The notes: generated by a model from the sequence alone, not told the origin. DNA of 64,000 bases from Longimicrobiales bacterium (GCA_965116905.1 OZ220732.1:3200001-3264000); one strand, 5' to 3'; counted from the stretch's first letter, positions 1 through 9,923 are shown. Translations and numbers: made by a program.

Positions 1-912
1 CATCGTCCCCCGCACATGGTCCGCGCTCTTCGCGAGCGCGGCGGCCTCGGCATCGCTCAGCGGCACCTCGATCACCTCCTGCAGCCCGCCCTCGCCCAGC
101 TTGCACGGGACCCCCAGGTAGATCCCGTCGTGCCCGTACTCGCCCTCCAGGTACGCTGCCGCGGGCAGGATCCGGCGCTTGTTCCTGACGACGGCCTCCG
201 CCATCTGAACCGCCGCCGCCGACGGCGCATAGTAGGCGCTGCCGGTCTTCAGGTAGCCCACGATTTCGGCGCCCCCGTTGCGCGTCCGCTCGATCAGGGC
301 CTCGAGGCGGTCCCGGGGAATGAGATGCGAAACAGGAATGCCGCTCACGCTCGTGTAGGACACCAGCGGCACCATCGTGTCGCCGTGACCGCCGAGTACC
401 ATGGCCTGCACGTCCTCGACGCTCACGTCGAGTTCGAGCGCGATGAACGAGCGGAAGCGGGCCGTGTCCAGCACCCCCGCCATGCCCACCACGCGCTCGC
501 GCGGAAACCCCGTCGCCTCCTTGGCCACATAGGCCATCACGTCGAGCGGATTGGACACGACGATCACAACCGCGTCGGGCGCGACCCGGGCGATCTGCTC
601 GCCGACCGAGCGCACGATCCCCGCGTTGGTGCGCAGCAGGTCGTCACGGCTCATTCCCGGCTTGCGCGCGATCCCGGCGGTGACGATGAACAGGTCGGAC
701 CCTTCGGCGGGGCCGTAGTCGTTCGCACCGGTCACGCGCGTGTCGAACCCCTCGACGGGCGCGCTCTCCCACTGGTCGAGCCCCTTGCCCTGCGGGATCC
801 CTTCGATGATGTCGATCAGGACGACTTCCCGGCACAGTTCCTTCTCGGCGAGACGCTGGGCGCAGACTTCGCCTACGTGACCCGCGCCTACGACGGTGAT
901 CTTTCCGGCCAT
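1..912 (-). CDS. mdh: Malate dehydrogenase (LDH-like), 3' end runs off the window
   Basis: Not in the ORF track; translated by hand from ATG at 912: [50 protein letters not shown]..., with Rossmann GAGxx[16 protein letters not shown] and GGHGD motifs. Confidence 0.95.
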   Translation of the reverse strand, partial: MAGKITVVGAGHVGEVCAQRLAEKELCREVVLIDIIEGIPQGKGLDQWESAPVEGFDTRVTGANDYGPAEGSDLFIVTAGIARKPGMSRDDLLRTNAGIVRSVGEQIARVAPDAVVIVVSNPLDVMAYVAKEATGFPRERVVGMAGVLDTARFRSFIALELDVSVEDVQAMVLGGHGDTMVPLVSYTSVSGIPVSHLIPRDRLEALIERTRNGGAEIVGYLKTGSAYYAPSAAAVQMAEAVVRNKRRILPAAAYLEGEYGHDGIYLGVPCKLGEGGLQEVIEVPLSDAEAAALAKSADHVRGTM

Positions 913-1035
913 GCTATGGCTTCTCCATGGTTGTTGAGTGTGAAACGGCGTACATCCCGGAGGCGTCCGGGCGTGGGTGGGGGGCGATTCGAACACCCCC
1001 GGCGTCATCGGTGCTGCAACGAGGTCGGATCCGCT

Positions 1036-2070
1036 TCATCCGCCCGTCTGCGAAAGGGCGATGAGCCCTCCGGAACCTTCGGACGACCCCTGCACCAGCA
1101 GGTGCTTCTCGGGCTTGATCCGGAGCGTCTCATCGATCAGGGGCTCCAGCGCCTCGCCCCGCCTCAGCGCGTCGCGCAGCGGGGTCTGGATCGTGCCGAA
1201 CAGGCAGGGACGAAGCTGGCCGTCCGCTGTCAGGCGCATCCGGTTGCACCGGTCACAGAAGTTGTGGCTCATGGGCGTAATGACGCCGATGGTCCCCTGC
1301 GCCCCGGGGAAGCTGAAATACGTGGCGGGGCCGTTGCCCGGCGGACCCTGGACCGGCTCCAGGGCGTCCACCTCGCGCACGCGGGCCAGCGCTTCGTCAC
1401 AAGACAGGAAACCGGCGGCACTCAGCTCCAGGTTGGACTCGGTCGGCATGACTTCGATGAATCGGACGTGAAGCGGGCGAGTGCGCGACAACTCGGCGAA
1501 GTCGGCCACCTCGTCGTCGTTCTCGCCGCGCATGAGCACGACGTTGATCTTGATCGGGTCGAACCCCACGGCGTGCGCCGCGTCGAGTCCCTCCAGCACG
1601 CGGGCGAGGGTTCCGGGGCGGCGCGCGATGGCGTCCGCCCGCTCCGGGCGGAGGGAGTCCAGCGAGATGTTCACGCGGCTCACCCCCGCGTCCCGGAGAC
1701 GCCTGGCGACGGGAGCGAGAAGCACGGCGTTGGTCGAAAGGGCGATGTCCTCGATCCCGGGAACCGCGGCGAGAAGGTCGACGAGGCGCGGCAGGTCCTT
1801 CCGGACCAGCGGCTCGCCACCGGTCAGGCGGAGTCTCCTGAGACCCATGCGCGCCATCACCCGAACCACCTGGGTGATCTCCTCGTACGTCAGGATCTCG
1901 GCGCGGCGAAGCCAGGGAAGACCCTCCTCCGGCATGCAATAGACGCACCGCAGGTTGCATTTGTCCGTGACGGAAATGCGCAGGTATTCGACACGGCGTC
2001 CGAAGCCGTCCACCATGGCCCGGGCCTCCTGGCCCGAGGCAGCCCTGTGCGACCGCACGCTGTAGTTCAC
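1036..2070 (-). CDS. moaA: GTP 3',8-cyclase MoaA (radical SAM)
   Basis: LRISVTDKCNLRCVYCMP, C-terminal FCDRCNRMRLTADG...PCL, ends in GG; GTG 2070 overlaps the moaE stop (GTGA); ATG 2016 is an alternative start. Confidence 0.95.
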   Translation of the reverse strand: MNYSVRSHRAASGQEARAMVDGFGRRVEYLRISVTDKCNLRCVYCMPEEGLPWLRRAEILTYEEITQVVRVMARMGLRRLRLTGGEPLVRKDLPRLVDLLAAVPGIEDIALSTNAVLLAPVARRLRDAGVSRVNISLDSLRPERADAIARRPGTLARVLEGLDAAHAVGFDPIKINVVLMRGENDDEVADFAELSRTRPLHVRFIEVMPTESNLELSAAGFLSCDEALARVREVDALEPVQGPPGNGPATYFSFPGAQGTIGVITPMSHNFCDRCNRMRLTADGQLRPCLFGTIQTPLRDALRRGEALEPLIDETLRIKPEKHLLVQGSSEGSGGLIALSQTGG

Positions 2071-2513
2071 GGTGTGCCCTCGATCCCTGTCACCGGAAGA
2101 TGCCCCTCCAGCCACGCTTCCTCCCCATCTAGATAGCGTTCCCGCTTCCATATGGGAAGACGCTTCTTGATTTCCTCGATCACATAGCGCGCCGCGCGGA
2201 ACGCCTCCGCCCGGTGGGGAGAGGAAACCGCGATGGCCACGCTGACCTCCCCGATCGCCAGCTCTCCCAAACGGTGCACCACCGCCACGCGGTCGCTGCC
2301 CGCCTGTTCCGCGGCCTCCGCCGCGATGGCCGCCAACTGGTCCCGGGCCATGTCCCGGTAGCCCTCGTACTCCATGCCGCCGACCGGGCGACCGTCGTTC
2401 GCATTGCGCACCGTGCCCACGAAGAGCGCCGCCGCGCCATCCTGGGGACTGCCCACCCGTTTCAGTACCTCGGCGGGATCGATTGCGGCGGTCGTCACGT
2501 CGCTCCAGATCAC
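2067..2513 (-). CDS. moaE: Molybdopterin synthase catalytic subunit MoaE
   Basis: GAAALFVGTVR, HRLGEL, SSPHRAEAF, IKKRLPIWKRE. Confidence 0.95.
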   Translation of the reverse strand: MIWSDVTTAAIDPAEVLKRVGSPQDGAAALFVGTVRNANDGRPVGGMEYEGYRDMARDQLAAIAAEAAEQAGSDRVAVVHRLGELAIGEVSVAIAVSSPHRAEAFRAARYVIEEIKKRLPIWKRERYLDGEEAWLEGHLPVTGIEGTP

Positions 2514-2529
2514 CGCTCTGCTCCCCGGG

Positions 2530-2775
2530 CTAGCCGCCGGCGACCGGAGGAATCAGCGCCACCTCGTCCCCGTCCGCAAGCATCGTGTCGCCACCGGCGT
2601 ACTTTCGGTTCACCGCCACCGCGGGCCGCGAGGGCAGACGCGCCCAGCCGCCTCCACGCGCCTTCAACTCCGACAGCAGCGCCGCGACGGTCGCGCCTTC
2701 CGGCAAGACCGCGACCGTGTCCGCCCGACCGACCAGCTCGCGGTGAGCCGCGAACAACAGAACCGTCACCTTCAT
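2530..2775 (-). CDS. moaD: Molybdopterin synthase sulfur carrier MoaD
   Basis: MKVTVLLFA...AVAVN...GDEVALIPPVAGG (C-terminal GG). Confidence 0.95.
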   Translation of the reverse strand: MKVTVLLFAAHRELVGRADTVAVLPEGATVAALLSELKARGGGWARLPSRPAVAVNRKYAGGDTMLADGDEVALIPPVAGG

Positions 2776-2839
2776 CGCAATGCGCCGGCGGGTGGCGCTT
2801 CCCGGCGTCCGGTCCGACAGCCGGGAGGGCGCTCGCTGG

Positions 2840-3145
2840 CTATCCGGACCCATCTCCCGCGTCCAACCGGGCGACCTGAGCACGGAAGTGCTTGGAGGGC
2901 TTGAAGACCGGCGATGTCCGTGCCGGCACCCTGACGGGTTCGCCCGTCCTCGGGTTGCGGGCCATGCGGGCCTTGCGCTTGCGCACCTTGAACGTGCCGA
3001 AACCACGGATTTCGATACCGTTGCCCTGGGCGAGCGCCTGTTTCACGGCGTTGAGGAATCCGTCAACCACCAGCGCGCAGTCCTTCCTGGTAATGCCCGG
3101 ACCTATCGCATCCGCCACCTGCTCTACGAGATCGGCTTTGGTCAT
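2840..3145 (-). CDS. HU/IHF family DNA-binding protein
   Basis: MTKADLVEQV, IEIRGFGTF, ARNPRTGE, PVFKPSK. Confidence 0.95.
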   Translation of the reverse strand: MTKADLVEQVADAIGPGITRKDCALVVDGFLNAVKQALAQGNGIEIRGFGTFKVRKRKARMARNPRTGEPVRVPARTSPVFKPSKHFRAQVARLDAGDGSG

Positions 3146-3241
3146 TGGATTCTCCTCTGGAGCCGCTCGACGAGACGTCCGGAGCCGCTTCGTGTCTACC
3201 ACATGAAACGGTTGGTAAGTAACCGACCGGAGGCCGAAACG

Positions 3242-4423
3242 TCAAGAGTTCTGTTCTGGTTTCGGGGATCTGGCGCCCCGGCTTCGGCGCGCGTACATCA
3301 TGGATACGAAGTCGTCGAAGAGGTAGCTGCTGTCATGCGGACCCGGTGCGGCCTCCGGATGGTACTGGACCGCGATCACCGGGAGGGTCGAATGCGCGAT
3401 ACCCGCCACCGTGTTGTCGTAGAGGTTCCAGTGCGTGACCCGGAGGGACGGGGCGCCGGGCACCGCGTCCCCTTCCCCACCTGTCACCGCGAAACCGTGG
3501 TTCTGCGACGTGATCTCGACGGTGCCCCGGTCACGGTTCATGACAGGGTGGTTCGCGCCGTGGTGCCCGAAGGGCAGCTTGAACGTGTCTCCCCCGAAAG
3601 CGCGGGCGATGAGCTGGTGCCCGAGACAGATCCCGAAGACCGGTATGTCCCGCCGGGCGACTTGGACGATGGTTTCGGCCGCGCGCTGCACGGCGGCCGG
3701 ATCGCCCGGTCCGTTGGAGACAAAGAGGCCGTCCGGTTCGAGCGCGAGGACGTCGCGGGTCCCCGAACCGGCGGGCAGCACCGTGACCCGGCACCCCCGC
3801 TCGGCGAGCAGGCGCGGGGAACTCGCCTTTACCCCGAAGTCGAATGCGGCTACGTGGCAGGTTTCGCGCCCGGCCGCCGGCACGACGTACGACCGTTCCG
3901 TCGAGACGCCGCACGCCAGATCGAGTCCCTCCATCCTGGGGTGGGCGAGGATTCGTTCCAGGAAGCCCTCGTCAGGGACCTCGCCGGAAGCAATCCCGCC
4001 GCGCATGGCTCCCTCGCTGCGGATATGGCGTGTCAGCGCCCGCGTGTCGATATCGCGGATTCCCACGATGCCGTGGCTGCGCAGGTAGTGCTCGAGGGTG
4101 TTGCGGCTGCGCCAGGAGCTGGGCGCCCGTGCCGCTTCCCGGACGATGAAGCCGGCTACCTGCGGACGGGTGGACTCCACGTCCTGGTCGTTGGTCCCGT
4201 AGTTGCCGATGAGCGGGTAGGTCATGGTGACCAGCTGACCCGCGTAGGACGGGTCGGTGAGGACTTCCTGATAGCCGGTCATGGAGGTATTGAAGACCAC
4301 CTCGCCGATCGCGCTGCCCCGGGCACCGAGTGAAAGGCCGCCGAATCGGCGTCCGTCCTCGAGCAGGAGGCAGGCGGGCCGCAGCGGGCCGTGGTCGCGT
4401 GAGGACGTGGTTGGCGCAGACAT
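3242..4423 (-). CDS. carA: Carbamoyl-phosphate synthase small subunit
   Basis: GEVVFNTSMTGYQE, SNGPGDP, FGICLGHQ, QYHPEAAPGPHD. Confidence 0.97.
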   Translation of the reverse strand: MSAPTTSSRDHGPLRPACLLLEDGRRFGGLSLGARGSAIGEVVFNTSMTGYQEVLTDPSYAGQLVTMTYPLIGNYGTNDQDVESTRPQVAGFIVREAARAPSSWRSRNTLEHYLRSHGIVGIRDIDTRALTRHIRSEGAMRGGIASGEVPDEGFLERILAHPRMEGLDLACGVSTERSYVVPAAGRETCHVAAFDFGVKASSPRLLAERGCRVTVLPAGSGTRDVLALEPDGLFVSNGPGDPAAVQRAAETIVQVARRDIPVFGICLGHQLIARAFGGDTFKLPFGHHGANHPVMNRDRGTVEITSQNHGFAVTGGEGDAVPGAPSLRVTHWNLYDNTVAGIAHSTLPVIAVQYHPEAAPGPHDSSYLFDDFVSMMYARRSRGARSPKPEQNS

Positions 4424-4519
4424 TGCGTGAATCTAGCAGTCCGCGCGACGAGAGGGGAACAGCAGCGCCCTTCGCGCGGCGAGCGACGCCGAACGAAGCG
4501 GGCTGGTATCTTCCATGAC

Positions 4520-5089
4520 ATGGAGCAAGTGTTCATCCACGCCGACGAGTCCTGCCTCGGCAACCAGTTCAGGGACCGGGAGCGCCCGGGTGGCGCCGCC
4601 GCGCTCCTGGAGCACTGGAACGGAAGGGAGTGGCGGCGGCGCGACCTGTGGACCTCCGACCCGTCCACGACCAACAACCGCATGGCGGTCGTGAGCGCCA
4701 TCCTTGCGCTGGGGGCGCTGAAGGGACGCTGCGTGGTCAGCTTCGCATCGGACTCGCAGTACCTGGTCAAGGGCGCTTCCGAGTGGATGCCGGGTTGGAA
4801 GAAGCGGGGTTGGAAGCGAAAAGGGGGGCCGATCGAGAACCTGGACCTGTGGCGCCGGCTGGACGGTCTCACCACGAGGCACGACATCCGCTGGGAGTGG
4901 GTCAGGGGACACGCCGGGGATCCGCGGAACGAGTACGTCGACGATTTGGCCCGGCGCGCGGCCCGGGAGCTGTCCACGGCCCCGGAGCCCGTGCCGTCCG
5001 GGTTCGAGGACTGGCTGCAGCGGGAGCGGGAGGACAAGGACCGGTATCTGGACTACTTCGAGTTCGCACCCCCGGCGGGGGGCTCCTAG
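4520..5089 (+). CDS. rnhA: Ribonuclease HI, atypical active site
   Basis: ADESCLGN, TTNNRM, SDSQY, WKKRGWK, NLDLW, WVRGHAG.RNEYVDDLA. Confidence 0.92.
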   Translation: MEQVFIHADESCLGNQFRDRERPGGAAALLEHWNGREWRRRDLWTSDPSTTNNRMAVVSAILALGALKGRCVVSFASDSQYLVKGASEWMPGWKKRGWKRKGGPIENLDLWRRLDGLTTRHDIRWEWVRGHAGDPRNEYVDDLARRAARELSTAPEPVPSGFEDWLQREREDKDRYLDYFEFAPPAGGS

Positions 5090-5874
5090 CGTTTCGCGCC
5101 CCCGGCCCGGAGATCCTGGCGCACGCCCGGGTCCTCCACGGCGCCGTATCCGAATTCGCGCGCCATCGCAGCCACGACCGCCGGGGCGCATTCTTCGGCG
5201 CTGACGGGGCGGCCCAGCAACCGGCTGATGCTCGTGACCTCCCGACCATGCAGGCCGCACGGGACGATGGCATCGAAGTAGGAGAGGTCCGGGTCCGCAT
5301 TGAGGGCGAACCCGTGCGAGGTGATCCACCCCGAGGAGACGCGGATTCCGATCGCCGCGACCTTTGCTCCGCCCACCCAGACACCGGTCCCCGCCGGGTC
5401 CCGCTGTCCCTCGAGTCCCAGCGTTCGCAGCGCCGCGACGAGCGCGCCCTCGAGGCTCCTGAGATACGCGTGGAGGTCCTGTCGGTCGGGTTTGAGGTCC
5501 AGGATCGGGTATCCCACAAGCTGCCCGGGTCCGTGGTAGGTGACGTCCCCGCCCCGTCCCGCCTCGTACACGCCGATCCGCCTGGCTCGGAGTTCGTCGG
5601 AAGAAAGGAGCAGGTGCTCCGTGCTGCTTCCGGACCCGAACGTGACCACGTGCGGGTGCTCCAGGAGGAGGAGCGTGTCGGGGATGTCCCCCGCCCTGCG
5701 CCCCCGAACGAGTTCGGCCTGGAGTGCGAGCGCTTCGGGGTATCCGATGCAGCCGGGATACCGCACCGAAAGTGTGCGGTCCTGCCACCCGGCCCTTTCG
5801 GCCGGCCTGTCGGCTGCCGCCGGCCTGTCGGCTGCCGGACCGTTCGCCATCATCGATTCCCGCCGGCGGGCCAC
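5086..5874 (-). CDS. lipB: Lipoyl(octanoyl) transferase
   Basis: LLEHPHV, RGGDVTYHGPGQLVGYP, KVAAIG, HGFALN, IVPCG; start uncertain. Confidence 0.95.
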   Translation of the reverse strand: MARRRESMMANGPAADRPAAADRPAERAGWQDRTLSVRYPGCIGYPEALALQAELVRGRRAGDIPDTLLLLEHPHVVTFGSGSSTEHLLLSSDELRARRIGVYEAGRGGDVTYHGPGQLVGYPILDLKPDRQDLHAYLRSLEGALVAALRTLGLEGQRDPAGTGVWVGGAKVAAIGIRVSSGWITSHGFALNADPDLSYFDAIVPCGLHGREVTSISRLLGRPVSAEECAPAVVAAMAREFGYGAVEDPGVRQDLRAGGAKR

Positions 5875-5897
5875 CCGGCAACCCGCTCGCGGGCCGC

Positions 5898-7394
5898 TCA
5901 GGCGTCCTCGGGGAAGTCCTCCAGCAGATCCTTGAGGCGCGAGAGGAACCGCGCCGTGTCGGCTCCGTCAACCAGCCTGTGATCGTAGCCCAGGGAGAAG
6001 AACGACCGCTTGCGGATCGCCATGTAGTCATCTCCGGTGTCCGGGTCCGACACCACCACGACCCGCTTGTCGATCGACCCGGTACCCAGGATCGCCGACG
6101 TGCCCTTGGGTATGATCGGCATGCCGACCATCGTTCCGAGCACCCCCGGGTTGGTGATCGTGAAGGTGGCCCCCTGGATCTCGCCCGGCGACAGTTGTCG
6201 TGACTTGGCCCGCGTGGCCAGGTCGATGATCTTCCTGGCGGTGCCGACAAGGCTGAGGTCGTCCGCGTTGTGGATCACGGGCACGATCAATCCGGGATTC
6301 AGGTCCACGGCCATCCCCAGGTTCACGGACCCGCGGTAGATGACGTTGTTGCCCGAGATGACGCCATTGACCGAAGGGAAGTCGCGGAGAATCCGGGAGC
6401 ACGCCCAGGCTACGAATGCGGTATAGGAAACGCGGGCGCCGCGCTCCGCCCACCGGGCCTTGTTCTGCCTTCGCATCCGGTCCACGGCCGTAAAGTCGAT
6501 CTCGACGATGGAGTGGACGTGCGTGTGGATCCGCTTCGAGAGGACCATGTGCTCCGCGGTCAGGCGGCGGACCTTGTCCATGGTTTCGACGCGGTCGCCG
6601 TCACGCACGGGGAACGCGGGGTGCTCGACCTCGCGCGTGTACCGGTCCCAGAGGTCGTCGGAGACGGGCGCCGCGGGAACGCTCGGCGGGCGAGGCTCCG
6701 GATCGGGTGGGCGCACCGGGGCGGCGGCCGGCTCGGCGGCCGGTGCGGCTGCCGCAACGCCGGGCTCGGCACCGACTTCTTCCGCCGGCGCCTCTTCGGC
6801 CCCGCGGGTCTCGATGAACGTCAGAATGTCCTGCTTGGTGACGCGTCCCTGGTGACCCGTTCCCGGAACACGGGAAATGTCCACACCGGCTTCCGCCGCG
6901 ATCCGACGCACGACCGGGGTCGAACGGGTGCGAAGACGCTCGGCGCTGGTGGCGGTACAGGCCGCCTCCTCTTCTTCGGCAGGCGGTGGAGCGGGAGCCG
7001 CCGGGGGGGCGGGAGCCGCCGGGGCAGCGGGCTGGGAGGGCGTCGCGACCGGTTCCGTCTCCGGGGCAGCGGTCGCCGGGGGCGCGGCAGTCGCAGGGGC
7101 GGCGGCGGGCGCGGCAGTCGCGGCGGGGGCGGCAGTCGCGGCGGGGGCACCGCCATCCGGATCGATATAGGCGACGATGGTTCCCACTTCCACGGTCTCG
7201 CCCTCGCCGACCACGATCTCGACCAGAGACCCCGCCGAGGGTGCCGGGATTTCGGCATCCACCTTGTCGGTCGAGATCTCCAGGATCGGCTCGTCGCGCT
7301 CCACCGGCTCGCCGACCGCCTTCAACCACCTGGAAACGGTGCCCTCGGCGATGGATTCGCCCATTTGGGGCATGGGGACTTCAATTCGGGACAC
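5898..7394 (-). CDS. 2-oxoacid dehydrogenase E2 (dihydrolipoamide acyltransferase)
   Basis: Lipoyl domain EISTDKVDAE, E3-binding TPVVRRIA...GTGHQGRVTKQD, catalytic YDHRLVDG; GTG 7394 preceded by GGAG. Confidence 0.95.
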   Translation of the reverse strand: MSRIEVPMPQMGESIAEGTVSRWLKAVGEPVERDEPILEISTDKVDAEIPAPSAGSLVEIVVGEGETVEVGTIVAYIDPDGGAPAATAAPAATAAPAAAPATAAPPATAAPETEPVATPSQPAAPAAPAPPAAPAPPPAEEEEAACTATSAERLRTRSTPVVRRIAAEAGVDISRVPGTGHQGRVTKQDILTFIETRGAEEAPAEEVGAEPGVAAAAPAAEPAAAPVRPPDPEPRPPSVPAAPVSDDLWDRYTREVEHPAFPVRDGDRVETMDKVRRLTAEHMVLSKRIHTHVHSIVEIDFTAVDRMRRQNKARWAERGARVSYTAFVAWACSRILRDFPSVNGVISGNNVIYRGSVNLGMAVDLNPGLIVPVIHNADDLSLVGTARKIIDLATRAKSRQLSPGEIQGATFTITNPGVLGTMVGMPIIPKGTSAILGTGSIDKRVVVVSDPDTGDDYMAIRKRSFFSLGYDHRLVDGADTARFLSRLKDLLEDFPEDA

Positions 7395-7488
7395 GGGCGC
7401 TACTCCATGGGCTTGTTCGGAAAGCCGGCTCCCGGCGGCCTTGCGCAACGGGCCGACCGGCTCCCGGCGTTCAAGTCTTGTCGCGAGG

Positions 7489-8517
7489 TCAGTAATTCAC
7501 AAGATAACGTGCCGCGGTCCCGATATCCTCAACCGAAGGAAGAAAGTAGTCCTCCAACTCGCCGCTGAACGGCACGGGAGAGTCGATCGCGGTGACGCGC
7601 AGGATCGGCCCGTCCAGCCATTCGAACGCACGTTCGTTCATGCGAATCGCGATCTCGCCCGCGATTCCGCCGGTGCGGGTGTCCTCGTGTACGATCAGCA
7701 GCTTCCCGGTCTTTTGCACGCTGGCCGCCATTGCCTCCTCGTCCAGTGGAAGGAGCGTCCTCAGGTCGATGACCTCGATGCGGATCCCGTCCTTCGCAAG
7801 CTCGGCCGCGGCTTCAAGACTGCGATGCACCATGAGGCCGTAGGTGACCACGGTGAGGTCGTCGCCCTCCAGCGCGGTGCGGGCGCTGCCCAGCGGAACC
7901 ACGTAGTCTTCCGGCGCGAGTACCTGGCGGCAATGGGGCGCGCGGTAGAGTCCCTTGTGCTCCTCGAAGATGACCGGATTGTCGTCCCTGATGGCAGCTT
8001 TGAGGAGCCCCTTGGCGTCGCGCGGGTTGGATGGGTACACGATCTTCAGGCCGGGCGTGTGGAAGAAGGCCATTTCCACGTTTTGCGAGTGGAACGGGCC
8101 ACCCCGGTTGCCGCCGCCCACCGGCCCGCGGACCACCAGCGGCATGGGCCCCGCTCCCCTGTACAGCGACGTGGCGATGTAGTTGGTGAGGACGTCGTAG
8201 GCCGGCGAGATGAAGTCCATAAACTGCATCTCCACGACCGGGCGCAGTCCCATGTGGGCGGCGCCGGCCGCCGCACCCGTAAAGCCGCCTTCCGAGATCG
8301 GCGTGTCGATCACCCTGTCCGGTCCGAAGTGTTCCAGGAACCCCCGGGTCACCTTGAATGCTCCCCCGTAGGCGCCGATGTCCTCCCCCATGAGGAAGAC
8401 CCGTTCGTCGCGCTCCATCTCCTCCCATAGCGCTTCGCCGATCGCCTCCAGGAGCGTGACGGGTTCACCGGCACGGGTCCGGGAGACGTGCGCCGGGACC
8501 TCAGTGGACATGGCCAT
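7489..8517 (-). CDS. 2-oxoacid dehydrogenase E1 beta subunit
   Basis: MGEDIG, DTPISE, VEMQFMDF, GPFHSQ, IDLRTLLPLD; ATG at 8517 or 8511. Confidence 0.95.
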   Translation of the reverse strand: MAMSTEVPAHVSRTRAGEPVTLLEAIGEALWEEMERDERVFLMGEDIGAYGGAFKVTRGFLEHFGPDRVIDTPISEGGFTGAAAGAAHMGLRPVVEMQFMDFISPAYDVLTNYIATSLYRGAGPMPLVVRGPVGGGNRGGPFHSQNVEMAFFHTPGLKIVYPSNPRDAKGLLKAAIRDDNPVIFEEHKGLYRAPHCRQVLAPEDYVVPLGSARTALEGDDLTVVTYGLMVHRSLEAAAELAKDGIRIEVIDLRTLLPLDEEAMAASVQKTGKLLIVHEDTRTGGIAGEIAIRMNERAFEWLDGPILRVTAIDSPVPFSGELEDYFLPSVEDIGTAARYLVNY

Positions 8518-9451
8518 TCCCGGCTCGAGACTCCACGGGACCCGGCAGCGGCGGGTCGCGTCGTGTCCATGGCGTGGATGGCTCGTGGTCGGTGCGCACA
8601 GGCGCCAGAACATCGCGCGGATCCGCCGAGGGCTCCTTGTCCACCCGGTCCACGGCATGATCCACGCCGGCGTGGGCCGCCCGCTCGATCGCATCGAGTT
8701 CAGTCCCCGCAAGCTCCCATTGATCGGTTGCGGTCTCCAGAAACCGTTGATGAAGCGCCCACGGTTCGGAATCGGAACGCGGTCCGAGTTCCAGCAGCGT
8801 CGGACCCGCGCCGTCGACAGCGCGGCGCCTTGCGGCCGTCACCTTGCGTACGATGGTCTCAAACGAATCCTGGTCGAGCCGCTCGAAGGCGAAGCCGTAT
8901 CCGTCGGCCACTGCCCGGGTGCTCTGAACGCGCCCGGTCCCGGGGTCGTCCCGGGTGTCAAGGACGACGATCAGGGGCGCCCGCCACGCACCCGCGAGGT
9001 TCATGCCCTCGTGCCATCCGCCGGCATCCGGCGCACGGCTTCCCTCGAAGACCAGGGCCGCCCGGTTCTCGTTGCGCCGTCTGAACGCGAGCGCGGCGCC
9101 GGCAACGACCTGGGTCATGTGGCCAGCCGGCCCCCCCCAGCCGATCAGGCCGCGCGGCATGTCGGCCCAGCTCAACCCGCCTTCCCGCGCTCCGCCCGCG
9201 CTCGTACTCCTGCACGCCAGATGACGCAGGAACTCCAGCGGCGTCGCGCCGAACGCGAGCGAGGGACCCGGGGCGTGCCCACCCGGGTAGCAAAGGTCGC
9301 CCGTTGCGTCGGCGGCGCGGTACATCGCCCGCGCGATGACCGTCGAGCGCACGTCGATCGTGAACGATGCGCGGCTCCGGTCGATCTCTCCCGCGCGAGC
9401 CAATGCGCGTACCCGGTTCTCCAGAAACCGTGCCTGAAACCCGTAAAACAC
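8501..9451 (-). CDS. E1 alpha-like subunit, ThDP-binding and catalytic motifs degenerate
   Basis: Directly upstream of E1 beta; retains HEGMNLA..W.APLIVV, GYG and ARRRAVDGAGPTLLEL, but has FEGSR in place of GDG and DTRDD in place of NN; no ATG near the 5' end, GTG 9451 is tentative. Confidence 0.8.
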   Translation of the reverse strand: MFYGFQARFLENRVRALARAGEIDRSRASFTIDVRSTVIARAMYRAADATGDLCYPGGHAPGPSLAFGATPLEFLRHLACRSTSAGGAREGGLSWADMPRGLIGWGGPAGHMTQVVAGAALAFRRRNENRAALVFEGSRAPDAGGWHEGMNLAGAWRAPLIVVLDTRDDPGTGRVQSTRAVADGYGFAFERLDQDSFETIVRKVTAARRRAVDGAGPTLLELGPRSDSEPWALHQRFLETATDQWELAGTELDAIERAAHAGVDHAVDRVDKEPSADPRDVLAPVRTDHEPSTPWTRRDPPLPGPVESRAGNGHVH

Positions 9452-9485
9452 CAGGTCTTCGGCGACCTCCCTGCCGAAACCGGCG

Positions 9486-9923
9486 CTACGTGCCAGCGCC
9501 AGCGGGCTGCTCGCTCTCGCCCGGCGGTACCTCCGTGTCTCCCGATTCGCCTTCTGCCGGCGGTACCTGCTCTTCCCCGGCGCCTTCGTCGGGCGGCACA
9601 AGAATCGGTGTCGTACTGGCATCGGGCAGCAGCGGCTGCGGAGCCGTCGCGGGCGGTGTGGCGATCCCTTCCAGGACGGAAGTCGGTGCCGCGGACCGCG
9701 AAGAGAGGATGGCCAGAACGAGTGCGAGGACCATGAAAGCCGATCCCGCAATCCAGGTGGCGCGGGTGAGCAGCGTCGTCGCCTGGCGGCCGCCGAGGAC
9801 GTCGGTCGCCGCAGCTCCGCCTCCCATGGCCGCCAGACCGCCGCCCTTCCCGGACTGGATGAGGATCACCACTCCCAGAAAAACGCCGTCAAGAACCAGA
9901 AGGGTCAACAAGAATGTGTACAT
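9486..9923 (-). CDS. secG: Preprotein translocase subunit SecG with acidic C-terminal tail
   Basis: ILIQSGKGGGLA...LLTRATW, two TM helices; follows tpiA. Confidence 0.93.
   Translation of the reverse strand: MYTFLLTLLVLDGVFLGVVILIQSGKGGGLAAMGGGAAATDVLGGRQATTLLTRATWIAGSAFMVLALVLAILSSRSAAPTSVLEGIATPPATAPQPLLPDASTTPILVPPDEGAGEEQVPPAEGESGDTEVPPGESEQPAGAGT

Noticed and set aside
980..1000. Minus-strand hairpin with a tRNA T-loop (GTTCGAATC) between moaA and mdh
   Set aside because: No matching acceptor, D or anticodon arms; cannot be called a tRNA or att site
16..2136. 706-aa plus-strand ORF (likewise 18080-20614, 41601-43784 and 52760-54658)
   Set aside because: Antisense shadows of recognisable genes caused by high GC3; no protein motifs
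7489..7503. TTCACAA Rex half-sites at the E1-beta end and near 38360
   Set aside because: Only one half-site each; no palindromic partner
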